DNA of 64,000 nucleotides from Eledone cirrhosa (lineage: Eukaryota), in NCBI GenBank assembly GCA_964016885.1, contig OZ024743.1, positions 61,814,001 to 61,878,000 of the forward strand, written 5' to 3'. Below, piece by piece: positions 12,796 through 29,159 of this stretch (the stretch's first letter is position 1; each line of letters opens with the position of its first letter). The notes below the pieces were generated by a model. The model searched no databases and had not been told where the DNA came from. It worked only from the letters and a program-made list of their open reading frames with translations. A program made the position numbers and the translations under genes.

Positions 12796-13065
12796 TAATA
12801 TTTGATACAAGTTCACAGACTTATTTAGTGCACACATAGTCTCATACAGGGCCGGCTTTTTGAGGTGTGGGACCCAAATGTGTGTTGCAGATTTATTGCA
12901 ATATATTATTGTGAGCACTTGAGTGTAGATCACTCTGATGCGACTCCTTCTGTACATGTATGTATGTGTGTTTATATATATATATATATACACACACACA
13001 CTTATATATATATAAATATATATATATATACATAGATATATATATATATACATGTATATATATAT

Positions 13066-13108
<43 letters not shown>

Positions 13109-13112
13109 TATC

Positions 13113-13159
<47 letters not shown>

Positions 13160-13160
13160 T

Positions 13161-13203
<43 letters not shown>

Positions 13204-13267
13204 TTATATATATATAAATATATATATATATACATAGATATATATATATATACATGTATATATATAT

Positions 13268-13318
<51 letters not shown>

Positions 13319-13328
13319 CATATATATC

Positions 13329-13397
<69 letters not shown>

Positions 13398-13515
13398 TTA
13401 TATATATATATATATATATACTTATATATATATATATATATATACTTATATATATATATATATATATATACTTATATATATACATATATATATATATATA
13501 CTTATATATATATAT

Positions 13516-14286
13516 CATATATTCACTTAGCTTATGCTAAACAGAATAATTTTTGAAGCTTGTTTCTATCCCCTACGGTATGCTATACTTTCGGTTGTTC
13601 TCCTGTCTCACTCGCTTTACGCGTTTTAATTGTCCTAATAACTTATTTTGGTTATTATTGCACCGAAGTGAGATATATGATTTTTAATGCAATGAAATAT
13701 CTATGATCTTCGGCAAATCACTGATGAGGGACTTATTTTATTACATGTTATCCATGTGCTACCTGCAGTATTTTTCTCTATATTTTAATACATATATTTA
13801 CCACTGCGATTCTGTGTTTTTTTCTCTCTCTCTTACTGTTCCCCCATTCTCTCTGTTTCTCCCCCTCTGTCTTGTCCGTTAATTCTTCCTCACACTTTCA
13901 TTCACTCACTGTTTTTCTCCCTCTTCTCTTCATTTCATCCTGTACTCACGAACGCTATATTTTTCTCTCTCTGCTCATAGCCCTCGTTCGTGTAGGTTCT
14001 ATTCTCTAAGCGCTCATATATTCACCTAGCTTATGCTAAACAGAATAATCTTTGAAGCTTGTTTCTATCCCCTACGGTATGCTATACTTTCGGTTGTTCT
14101 CCTGTCTCACTCGCTTTACGCGTTTTAATTGTCCTAATAACTTATTTTGGTTATTATTGCACCGAAGTGAGATATATGATTTTTAATGCAATGAAATATC
14201 TATGATCTTCGGCAAATCACTGATGAGGGACTTATTTTATTTCATGTTATCCATGTGCTACCTGCAGTATTTTTCTCTATATTTTA
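13516..14286 (+). mobile_element. Non-autonomous element with a 499-nt period and a structured CTGATGA/GAAA motif
   Basis: 13516-13787 recurs at 14015-14286 almost identically; a diverged copy lies at about 31095-31420. Confidence 0.75.
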
Positions 14287-14308
14287 TATATATATATATA
14301 CATATATA

Positions 14309-14416
<108 letters not shown>

Positions 14417-14417
14417 C

Positions 14418-14499
<82 letters not shown>

Positions 14500-14502
14500 C
14501 AC

Positions 14503-14549
<47 letters not shown>

Positions 14550-14619
14550 CATATATATATATATACATATATATATATGTATGGAACTCATTTAACCATC
14601 TTTTGATCTTATATATATG

Positions 14620-14688
<69 letters not shown>

Positions 14689-14719
14689 GGATATATATAT
14701 ATATATGTATATATATATA

Positions 14720-14871
<152 letters not shown>

Positions 14872-14886
14872 AATATATGTAAATAT

Positions 14887-14946
<60 letters not shown>

Positions 14947-15024
14947 GATATATGTATATATATGTATATATATATGTATATATATAGATATATGTATATA
15001 TATATATATATATGTATATATATG

Positions 15025-15077
<53 letters not shown>

Positions 15078-15078
15078 G

Positions 15079-15152
<74 letters not shown>

Positions 15153-15155
15153 CAC

Positions 15156-15210
<55 letters not shown>

Positions 15211-15372
15211 CACATATATACTAATATATACATATATATATAATACACATATATATATATATATATACACATACATATCTATATATATACACTATATATA
15301 TATATATACCACACACTATAAACACATACTATATCTACTACTCATATCTATACTGTATATATACTGTATATC

Positions 15373-15409
<37 letters not shown>

Positions 15410-15484
15410 ATAATATATAATGTATATATATATATATATGTATATATATGTAATATATATGTAATATATATATATATATGTATA

Positions 15485-15521
<37 letters not shown>

Positions 15522-15550
15522 ATATATATATATATATATGTATATATATG

Positions 15551-15606
<56 letters not shown>

Positions 15607-15629
15607 GTATATATATGTATATATATATG

Positions 15630-15660
<31 letters not shown>

Positions 15661-15661
15661 G

Positions 15662-15692
<31 letters not shown>

Positions 15693-15693
15693 G

Positions 15694-15726
<33 letters not shown>

Positions 15727-15739
15727 GTATATATATATG

Positions 15740-15772
<33 letters not shown>

Positions 15773-15773
15773 G

Positions 15774-15804
<31 letters not shown>

Positions 15805-15805
15805 G

Positions 15806-15840
<35 letters not shown>

Positions 15841-15945
15841 GTATATATATATGTATATATATGTATATATATATGTATATATATATGTATATATATATGT
15901 ATATATATTTGTATATATATATGTATATATATGTATATATATATG

Positions 15946-15992
<47 letters not shown>

Positions 15993-16017
15993 GTATATAT
16001 ATGTGTATATATATATG

Positions 16018-16056
<39 letters not shown>

Positions 16057-16113
16057 GTGTATATATATATGTATATATATATGTATATATATATATATAT
16101 GTATATATATATG

Positions 16114-16164
<51 letters not shown>

Positions 16165-16179
16165 GTATATATATATATC

Positions 16180-16210
<31 letters not shown>

Positions 16211-16271
16211 GTATATATATATATATGTGTGTATATATATGTATATATATATATATGTGTGTATATATATG

Positions 16272-16305
<34 letters not shown>

Positions 16306-16433
16306 TGTGTATATATATATATATACACATATATATATGTATATGTATATATATATATGTATATAAATATATATATATGTATATATATATATATATGTAT
16401 ATATATATGTATATATATATGTATATATATAGG

Positions 16434-16468
<35 letters not shown>

Positions 16469-16470
16469 GG

Positions 16471-16502
<32 letters not shown>

Positions 16503-16537
16503 GGATATATATATATATATGGATATATATATATATG

Positions 16538-16612
<75 letters not shown>

Positions 16613-16616
<4 letters not shown>

Positions 16617-18232
16617 TCTTTTACTCTTTTACCTGTTTCAGCCATCCGGCTGAGGCCATGCTGGGCCACCGCCCTTGTTGCTACACATTTTATCTCCAGC
16701 CTGTATAGGTAGGCCATTGATGTAAGAGGGAGTATGTTGCTCCTGCCCTTAGGTTTCCCTCGTGTCTTGCTGTGGGCTCATCCGGGATCCTGGATAACAA
16801 GGTGTCGAGATGTTTCTTAAAGACATCCACCTCCACGTCATGCAAGTCTCTCAGATCCCTCGGCAGCCTGTTGAAGAGTTGAGGGCCCTTGAATCCCAGG
16901 CTATTGCAATACCTGCTCCTTATTCTAGATGTGGAAGACGGGACCTTTGGCACCACACAGTGACGTCCTGTTCGACGGTTGGTCCAGCTCCCAATGCCAA
17001 AGTCTGGTGCTAGTCCCTCCAGGATTTTCCACATGTAGATCACTGCGTATCTCTCCCGTCTTCGCTCCAAGGAGTAGAGGTTCAGTTCCTTTAGCCTCTC
17101 CCAGTAGCTTGTCTCCCTCATCTTGGCAATCCTCTTGGTGTAGCTTCGCTGGATTGCCTCAAGCTCCGTGGTTAGTTTGACACTATGGGGTGACCACAAC
17201 TGGGAGCAGTAGTCCAGGCGGCTTAGGACAAAAGTCCTCCACCGTGTCAACATGGTGTCTCGATCTCTTGTCCGGAAAGTCCTCAAGATCCAGCCAGCGA
17301 GTCGTCTGCACATTGTCGCCACTTTCATGATGTGTGAAGAAAAAGATGCATCATCGCTCATGTCTATGCCCAGGTCTCGTATCGATTTTGACACGTGGAT
17401 ATCGGTCCCTCCTGGTCCTGTGTAGCTGTGTTCCACTATATTTGTGTTTGCAGGTTTGTATTGTAGGGCTTGGAATTTGCCAGCATTAAACTGCATGTTG
17501 TTTTCTTCCACCCATTTGTATATGGCATCCAGATCCTGCTGTAAAAGGGCAGCGTCAGCCGGGTTTTTTATTGCTTGTGCTACCTTAGTGTCATCAGCAT
17601 AGCTAGTGAGGGATGTTGTTGCATGCACCACAGAGGGCATGTCCGAGAGAGCCACCAAAAACAGTAGTGGTCCCAGGACTGTCCCCTGGGGCACCCCACT
17701 TGTTATCGGTGTTTCCCTCGAGAGGGCCCCATTTGCTGCGACTGCCTGGCTTCTGTCCCTTAGGAAGCCATGCAGCCACTCACCTACTTTTCCAGTTATG
17801 CCGAGTCCGTGTAGTTTGTGACATATCATTCCGTGGTCGACCTTGTCAAAGGCCTTCGCAAAGTCAAGATATATCACGTCCACATGTGAGCTGTCTAGTA
17901 GTTGTCTCAGTACCCAGTCGTAGTGATGTAGCAGCTGTGTAAGGCAGCTTCTTCCTGGGCGGAAACCATGTTGCGTGCTAGTCAGGCGGTCATTTTTCTC
18001 GAGGAAAGTGATTAGTTTCTTTCTGACGACTCGCTCCATGACCTTACTGATATGCTACGTCAGGGAGACTGGCCTATAGTTCTTGGCCTCCGCTCTACTA
18101 CCTCCTTTATGGATAGGGCATATTGTGCCTTCTTTCAGCTCCCTGGGTAGTACACCGCTAGCCAAGGAGCTTCTGAAGAGCATCTTCAGTGGAGTTGCTA
18201 AGGCCCGCTTACATATTTTTAAGAGAACTGCA
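16613..18232 (-). mobile_element. CR1-like LINE, 5'-truncated ORF2 RT with an in-frame TAG at 18055-18057
   Basis: [72 protein letters not shown]; the 3' tail ends in GTAAAAGA repeats. Confidence 0.9.
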
Positions 18233-18328
18233 TGTATATATATATATATATATGTATGTGTATATATATATGCATATATATATATGTATATATATATATA
18301 TGTATATATATATATGTATATATATATG

Positions 18329-18415
<87 letters not shown>

Positions 18416-18649
18416 GTATATATGTATATATATATGTATATATATATGTATATATATATGTATATATATATGTATATATATATGTATATATGTATATATA
18501 TATGTATATATATATGTGTATATATATATGTATATATATATATATGTATATATATATACATTCATACATATATATATATATACATACATATATATATATA
18601 TATACATACTTATAAATATATACATACATACAAATATATATACATACAT

Positions 18650-18705
<56 letters not shown>

Positions 18706-18706
18706 A

Positions 18707-18994
<288 letters not shown>

Positions 18995-19007
18995 GTATAT
19001 ATGTATA

Positions 19008-19104
<97 letters not shown>

Positions 19105-19117
19105 GTATATATATATG

Positions 19118-19152
<35 letters not shown>

Positions 19153-19187
19153 GTATATATATATGTATATATATATATGTATATATG

Positions 19188-19288
<101 letters not shown>

Positions 19289-19327
19289 TTTTTTTTTTTA
19301 ATTTTCTTATTTTACGTCTTTTATATA

Positions 19328-19376
<49 letters not shown>

Positions 19377-19411
19377 GTATATATATATATGTATATATAT
19401 ATATGTATATG

Positions 19412-19458
<47 letters not shown>

Positions 19459-19465
19459 GTATATG

Positions 19466-19497
<32 letters not shown>

Positions 19498-19518
19498 TGT
19501 ATATGTATATGTATATAT

Positions 19519-19601
<83 letters not shown>

Positions 19602-20084
19602 TATACTGCAATATTTGCTGCTAGTCCATCAGACATATCTATTGCTCTGATTGCCTTACATACAGTCAGAACTGACTGGTTCAATCAAATCATTTGCTGC
19701 AAGATTTCCGTATGAAATTTTCATCTCTATAATAAATTTCGACAAAAGATAAGCGCGTTATCATGGAGATATGATAATCATATACAGCTGGCTTCATGTT
19801 TATGATTATTCTTTTACTCCATTACTGATTTCTGTCTTTGGAGTGCGGCCATGCTGTGGCATCTCTTTATACGGACTCAATTAATTATATCGTCCAAGCC
19901 CTCAATATTTTATCTGGTACTCATTCTATTGAAATCTTACAGGCGAAAATAGTTGTATCTTCCTTAATGTAAAGGGAAGTCGCTCAGATTTCATGCCTCA
20001 ATTCAATGATTTTTGTTCGGCCATTCCTTGCAGATAATCGTGCACGCACATGCACACTCACACTCAGTACTTTTTGAATATGTT

Positions 20085-21945
<1,861 letters not shown>

Positions 21946-22060
21946 AAAATGGAATAACTGGCTCAGTGACTAATTAGTTTCATTGGCCACAGTAATTAGG
22001 CAAAAAAACTCTCATAATCTGATGTAGAACATGTTCTAAAGTAAATATATATATGTAAAT

Positions 22061-22095
<35 letters not shown>

Positions 22096-22375
22096 TATAT
22101 ATAGTGTCAGGAGTTTCTTTAGGGAAAATAGCGTTCTATGTTAAGTACAGACCTATATTATTGTAATTAAATAATTAACATATTTGCACGCTACGAAAGT
22201 CGTAGAGATGGTAATATCTGCTAGTGATTATTATTTTCCGGCAATACCAAGATGGTATTGCATCTTAGTATGGTCTGAAAGATAAGCAACACTAGCAGAT
22301 ATACCGACTCTAAGACCTTTGAAATCTTAGGTAACATGCAACTATGTTGTGAATGTATTTATTATAAATAAATAA

Positions 22376-22469
<94 letters not shown>

Positions 22470-22757
22470 TCATAAGTGGGATAAAAAGTTACCTAATTTA
22501 TTTCGAGGTTCCGACTACACTTTTGCTGTCTCCTAGAAGATATCATAGCTCTTCAGGAGACATTCTCAATCCAAGAATAAATTTCAAGTGACCACTTCTG
22601 GTGATAATTTCGAAGAGTAAAATATCACGTGCTAGGCAGTCAACAAAAAGGGTTGTAAATGGTGCACGTTTGGCAAGTAACAGGGTTACTAGAAAAAGCA
22701 GTCCGTTCTAGCCGAATTTTTATTCAACCGTAGGAAGTATAGTACAAATTATTGAAG

Positions 22758-22789
<32 letters not shown>

Positions 22790-22832
22790 CCACATACACA
22801 CACACACGCTCACGCACACACACACACACATG

Positions 22833-22868
<36 letters not shown>

Positions 22869-23171
22869 CACACACACACGAACATACATACGTATTGACA
22901 TACATACAAAAGTGTCAATCGGTTACCAGTTTTGCTCAATGCGGGATATGATAATCAATTAGTCAGAGCATTATTAATCCATAAGTGGGAAAAGCAAACA
23001 AGATGAAAAGTTACCTTAGTTTACTTCGATGTCCCGACTAAATTTTGGCTGTGTAAGAACCAGTCTCGATATTCCAATAAGTTAGGATATCCTCCAGTGG
23101 AAGACCGCACAGGCTCTTCGGGAACCGTGCTGTACCTTCTCCATGTGTTTTCTACATTTAACCAAAGAGAA

Positions 23172-23248
<77 letters not shown>

Positions 23249-23506
23249 AAATTCACAAAAATTACCTAATTCTTCCTCGTAGTCCCGACTCCTCAGTTTC
23301 GCCGACCGGTGTGCAGTGAAAGTGCACCTAAGCTGTGAGGTAGTCGGTTTGTTATATATTTAATATAGTATAAATAAAGTTTCATACACATAACATGTAT
23401 GTGCGACCTTTGCTTTATTGGTTCAGTCATGGCCACTACTGTATATTGGAGAAGGCTCTTCCAAACTGAGCCCCTCGTCGAGCACTAGGATAAATATCTT
23501 TTTATC

Positions 23507-23548
<42 letters not shown>

Positions 23549-25654
23549 ACACACACACACACACACACAGACACACAGACACACACATACACACACGCAC
23601 ACACACAGACACAGACACACACATACACACACGCACACACACAGACACAGACACACACACACACAGACACAGACACACACACAGACACAGACACAGACAC
23701 ACACACAGACACAGACACACAGACACACACAGACACACACGCATGGTTAAATTTAGAAAACACTTAACTGCACGTTATGCTCCAACTAGGGACCATATTG
23801 TAACAGATCATTAGTTTTACGTAAATTCTTCTGAACTAAGGACATAGAGAATGTGGTTTGGTCGTTTTGACATAGGCTGTAGACGAATGAATTAATGCGA
23901 TTCAACGACATATATTAAATTTAAACTAATGAATTAAATGAATGCATTTATTATTGTTCATTAGAGGTTACCTATTATCAATTTACGATGGTTAATTAGA
24001 CTTTTAATATATAGCGGAAGGAAATATAGTATGACCAAAGCATTGGATGGTGGATTCGTAAAAACCTGCTAGAGATAGTAGTCAACTTTCCTTCTCATCA
24101 CACCCAAATAACTTTGTAAAAGTAACACAGATAACACGGACATAAATATTATACTTCTGAAAAAAAAAATGGCTGGACACAACCGAAACCTTGTTGATCA
24201 TATGCTTATTTCATAATGGCTGGCCTTGGGCTAAACAACAACAGAAATAGCTGCTTTTTATATCAAATGCAGTGGACCTCCATCGATTTCGATGGTGAAT
24301 GACCCAGTTATTCCTTTAACGAAACAGCTTACTCGAGAAATCAATGTTCAGATAGCTAAGCATTCGACGGACATGTGTGCCTTTAACGTAATTCTCGGGA
24401 AGATTCAGTGTTTTACAGTATAAAGCCGGCCCTTGTTATACTGTCCATCCTACGGGTATCTGTCAACCCAATTCCACTTACAAGGCTTATGTCTACCTAA
24501 AGCTATGATAAATAACACTGCGTCCATTAGATGTATATACACATTGGTGTACACATCAATAAAATGCATTTTGATTATATATATTTAAGATATATTTATG
24601 AATGTATATCAGATATCTGTACACGGCTAACTCAAAACCTATGGTCACACGCATTATTCACCATATAATACCAAAGCTTTCAGTAACATTTATATTGATC
24701 CATACAGCACCAATGTGCCGAATATACGCATTTCCCTGTAAATGGTACAATAAATAAATACATTGAATCGAATTCCGAACCTAGTTTGGCTCCTCGTCAT
24801 GAGATATGTATACCATCTAAACAATGACAAAGAAATAGATACCCTTTCGCTTAAGGTAGTATCCTAAGATAGACGCACTAGTTTGCATATCATTAGTGCT
24901 CAGGTTGGTAGTTAATTAAGATATTTATAAACTTCTGTGCTAAGCACCCGAAATATATAACATTATATCGCTATATATACAGAATAAAGGAAATACGTAA
25001 TCAGGCCCCATTACTTATAGTAGTATAGATACACGTGTCAAACATACGCACATATGTATGTCTGTGTGAGTAAGAAGAAGAAATAAGAGATGTAGAAGTG
25101 GGAGCATGAATATGTGTGGGTACATGTGTGTATAATATCTGGAAGTAAATTTTTATTAAAAAAAATAAAAATAAAGAAATAAAAATGTTTGTTAACGAAG
25201 GGGACTGGTTGAATCTGTCCTTTAATATAATATCTTCGTAAGAAACTCTGCTCTAATATAATGTAATGAATACAACGTTTACTTTTGAAGTTAAAGTAAA
25301 GAATATATATAAAAGTATTTAAAGTAAAAGGAGGTAGATGTATTCTTGTAAGGTTTAACTAAAGTAATCCTAGTCTAAATCCTTTAGTCCATTCCTATTA
25401 TTCCCTGCTTTCTTGTATCTTTTCTTTTCAATGACGACCTCATTTTTTTTATTTCAGCTTTTATTCAGTAATGATTTTAAACTTAGAAAATAGTGTGTTG
25501 TTTGAAAGATACCATAATGTGAATTTGACGGTAAATATTAAAAAATATGATAACATTGAAATTACGATGTTATTCATTGGCCTTTATATTTCGGGATAAA
25601 TTCCCTTCATTAAAGGATTAATAGAAGAAACTAGTTCTGAGCTGTGAATATATC

Positions 25655-25690
<36 letters not shown>

Positions 25691-25695
<5 letters not shown>

Positions 25696-25891
25696 AACAA
25701 GTAAGACCCCGACGGCTGATCTCAAGCCGTTTCGACGGCTAATTCTGGACTAATTCCAGAATTAGCCGTCGAAACGGCTTGAGCTCAGCCGTCGGGGTCT
25801 TACTTGTCCCTATTACCCACTCTACTACCCTAAGTATTGAGTACTTTGGTGCGTTATGGTCCACCTGGTTCCTTACCACATTTCCTTCGTT
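25691..25891 (+). mobile_element. Fold-back element carrying the 3' half of a hammerhead
   Basis: Near-perfect palindrome 25691-25813. The right arm has GAAA CGGC ttgagctca GCC GTC, then a 78-nt unique tail; TA flanks. Confidence 0.8.
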
Positions 25892-26889
25892 ATATATATA
25901 TATATATATATATGAAGATCGCGAGTCAAATCGGAGGTAACCACAGTAAATAGTGTACTCAATACATTAGTAGAGTGTAAAGATTATTGAAAACTCATCA
26001 TTGAATTTGTCCTTGCGATGAGTTTTCTCATTTTTATATGTATTTAAATACACTCTTACTTCGTCTCAATCAGAGATAACAATGTTCTTCATTTAAATTT
26101 ATCATAGCAGTGGTTAGCTTTCTATTTAGGATATACACCACAGCTTGAGGTCCACTATCCTGTTATTTTCTTTTCTTTGTCTTCTTTCATCCTTCTATTT
26201 GTGCTGTTTGTTTTATCACATGCACATCATACCAGCAGAAAGAGTGATTTTCTGTTGCACTATCCAGCATTCTAAAATGGTACTCTCAATAAAATCGTGC
26301 CAAACCTTTTTGCTGGTTTGAGAGCTGATGAGAGTGAAGATGTATGTGTGTCTTCTATATTGCCTTTCTTTATTTTCTTCTTCCAGTCCCTTCTGTGCGC
26401 CAACACACTTCTTGTCCTCTTCCTCCTCTTTTAATCTTTTCTATATTTTAACTGCCTTTCACCCATCTCATGGATTGTCTTTCTGTCGACCACTGGCCGC
26501 TGGTCTCTGTCCTCTGAGACATTTTGTCCCATCGCTGTCTTTGACAGCATTTGGCTCTTTTACTTTTGCTAACTTTGCTGCTATTGATGGTGACACAGCT
26601 GCTATTCTTGATTATGTTGTTGGTATAGATGTTGGTTGCGGCGGTTGTGAGTAGCGATGTTACTGTTGAGATTGAGATTGTTAGTGTTGGCGTTGATGTT
26701 ATAGCTGTTGTTGTTGAATTCACCGATGCCTAGACATCACCATTAGAACTGATGATGTTATTGTTTAGTCTCTGAGTAGCTCTGATAGAATATTTAAGCC
26801 ATGAACATCACATCGTTTTTACCACTAACCATTGTGCCCCGGACTGCATTTTGTGGCCTTTTATAAAGATAATAGTGTGTGGTTTGAAG

Positions 26890-27125
26890 GATATTTGGCC
26901 GCCATCTTTAGTAAGTTGAGTTACAAACCCGGTGTTTGTCATTGACATCAAGCGAGTACTGAACTCCACCCTTAAACTGTAGCTGGTGCAACTCATTTTC
27001 AGCCGAGTGGACTGGAGCAACATTAATTCAAGTATCTTAATACAAGAATACAACGCACTTCCCGGCATAGGATTCGAACCCACAATCAATCGTGAGAAGA
27101 ACACCTTAACCAGAAGGCTACACAA
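26890..27125 (-). mobile_element. tRNA-derived SINE, family B-related
   Basis: Reverse complement has GGGTTCGAATCC and GTTGCTCCAGTCCACTCGGCTG, as in 41400-41720. Confidence 0.6.
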
Positions 27126-27789
27126 CTTCACTATGACTGCATATAGCCTCAATTATTTGCCCAGCATTTATGATGTTGATAGTGACCGTTATTTTTGTTG
27201 TTGCTCTTCTGCTGATGTTGTTATTGTTCCCTATATAGTATTAGTGTTGTTGAAATCGTTCTTGGTGTAATGTTGTTGTTATTTCTTCTGGTGTAAGTGC
27301 GGACACTTTCCTACGATCCCAACATGACAAATATCACATTGTATATTGTGTACCTTATCAAAACAAATCCGGGACAGTTTACTGAATAGGGGCCTGAATA
27401 GAACTAGGAGGTTTCTTTTGTCTGTACACCACTGAGCTCTACAAATAAGCGCTTTTCTCTATGTAAGATTGACGAATTCTTTTGTGTGTGTGTATATTGC
27501 TGTATGATAGTATGTGTATTGGTGTATTATGGTGTGTGTATTTGTGTGTTAGTGTATGATGGTGTATGTCTGTGATGGTATCTGTGTTTGTGTATATTGG
27601 TGAGTTTGTGTGTATGAGCTAATGTGTTTGTGTATGTGTGTTGGTGTTGGTGTATTTCTATGTGTTTGTATGGGGTTAATAACGGTGTGTTGATCTTTAT
27701 ACGTGGGTGTATGTATGTGTAAAAATAATACAAATCTTTTGACGTCTGCATTTACTTAGATATACAGCTGGATGCGGTTAAATATCGAT

Positions 27790-27924
<135 letters not shown>

Positions 27925-27989
27925 CCTCTCTCTCTCTTTCTCTCTCTCTATCTATTTATTTATCTCTCTCTCTCTCTCTATATATATAT

Positions 27990-28133
27990 ATTTAATATAG
28001 AAATGGCTTCTACAGCACTAGAACTGTTTCATTCTAGTCCTCTAGAAGCCATTTCTATATTAAATATGTATACTTTGCCTTGTATTGAGTACCTTACTTA
28101 CTGTGGTTACCCCCGATTGAACCCGGGATAAAC
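27990..28133 (+). mobile_element. Fold-back copy of the HHR element seen at 47561-47700
   Basis: The left arm reverse complement reads GAAT GAAAC AG ttctagtg CT GTA GAAGCCATT; the tail GTATTGAGTACCTTA...CCCGATT..ACCCGGGA is shared with 47.65 kb. Confidence 0.7.
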
Positions 28134-28276
28134 TTATATATATATATATGTGTGTGTGTGTGGAATATTCACTATAATCCCGTTTGCTCACAATTACTAA
28201 TTCAATGAGATACAGACAGTCACTGTATATTTTAGAAAATGGCATATATTTTCACTAGCTGTGACAGTTGGTAGGT

Positions 28277-28338
28277 GAACAGTGAGCTGTACTGATGAAG
28301 GGTGATACCCAGAAACATTAATGTTTGCAGTTCTGTTT
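28277..28338 (+). ncRNA. Type I hammerhead ribozyme
   Basis: GAGCTGTA CTGATGA aGGGT gat ACCCa GAAAC ATTAAT GTT TGCAGTTC. 8-bp stem I with two G.U pairs; palindromic stem III; A.A at 10.1-11.1. Confidence 0.75.
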
Positions 28339-28489
28339 ATATGCCAACACAAGAGCAAGCATGAGGGGCTCATTCTACTGACATGACTTTAAAAATGAGG
28401 TTTGTTTGCATAATTGCAAATGAATCGAATGTTATTATTAATATTAGAAAAACTCAGATTACATTTATTGTATTCAGCCATCTAGAGCG

Positions 28490-28550
<61 letters not shown>

Positions 28551-28552
<2 letters not shown>

Positions 28553-29043
28553 GGTAACAAGTTATCGTTATAGGTAATACAATTAGAGGTTGTGAGTACA
28601 TTGCGTCGTGGATAGTTTTAAATTACGGCTTTGTTTAACTCAACAACATGTTTCCATAGTTAGGCAGCGAGTTCGCGGTAATTCCTATGCAGGTTATACT
28701 TGGAGTAATAATAGTTAAAGAATGAAGAGTACCATGGTTGGCTGTACAACAAGGGGCTTTATATCAGGTATTGACAATTGTTTCATTGATCAGGTGAGTC
28801 TAGAGGTCGCTAATCGCTTGAAGTTGCGTCACTCGATCTCCATTACATTATTATCAACACATCAGAATACGAAGATATCTTCGTATTTTGATGTGTTGAA
28901 CAGAGGTAAATAATGTAATGGAGATCGAGTAACACAACTTCAAGCGATTAGCCACCTCTAGACTCACCTGATCAATGAAACAATTGTCAATACCTGAAAT
29001 AAAGCCCCTTGTTGTACAGCCAACCATGTTACTCTTCATTGTT

Positions 29044-29048
<5 letters not shown>
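28551..29048 (-). mobile_element. Large fold-back element with a hammerhead-like motif in each arm
   Basis: Arms about 28720-28876 and 28877-29040, centred on GAAGAT|ATCTTC. Minus 28768-28870: GTATT CTGATGT GTTGAT...ATCAAT GAAAC AATT GTC AATAC. Confidence 0.8.
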
Positions 29049-29081
<33 letters not shown>

Positions 29082-29159
29082 GTAGGAGGTGAGTTTTATT
29101 GTAGCACAATAAAGCAATGCAAATATCGAATAAGTAGCACTCAGCATTTTATTGGACTG

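Noticed and set aside
26328-26780. Thr-rich and Val-rich ORFs
   Set aside because: Best explained as degenerate (GTT/GAT)n repeat; no recognisable domain or splice signals.
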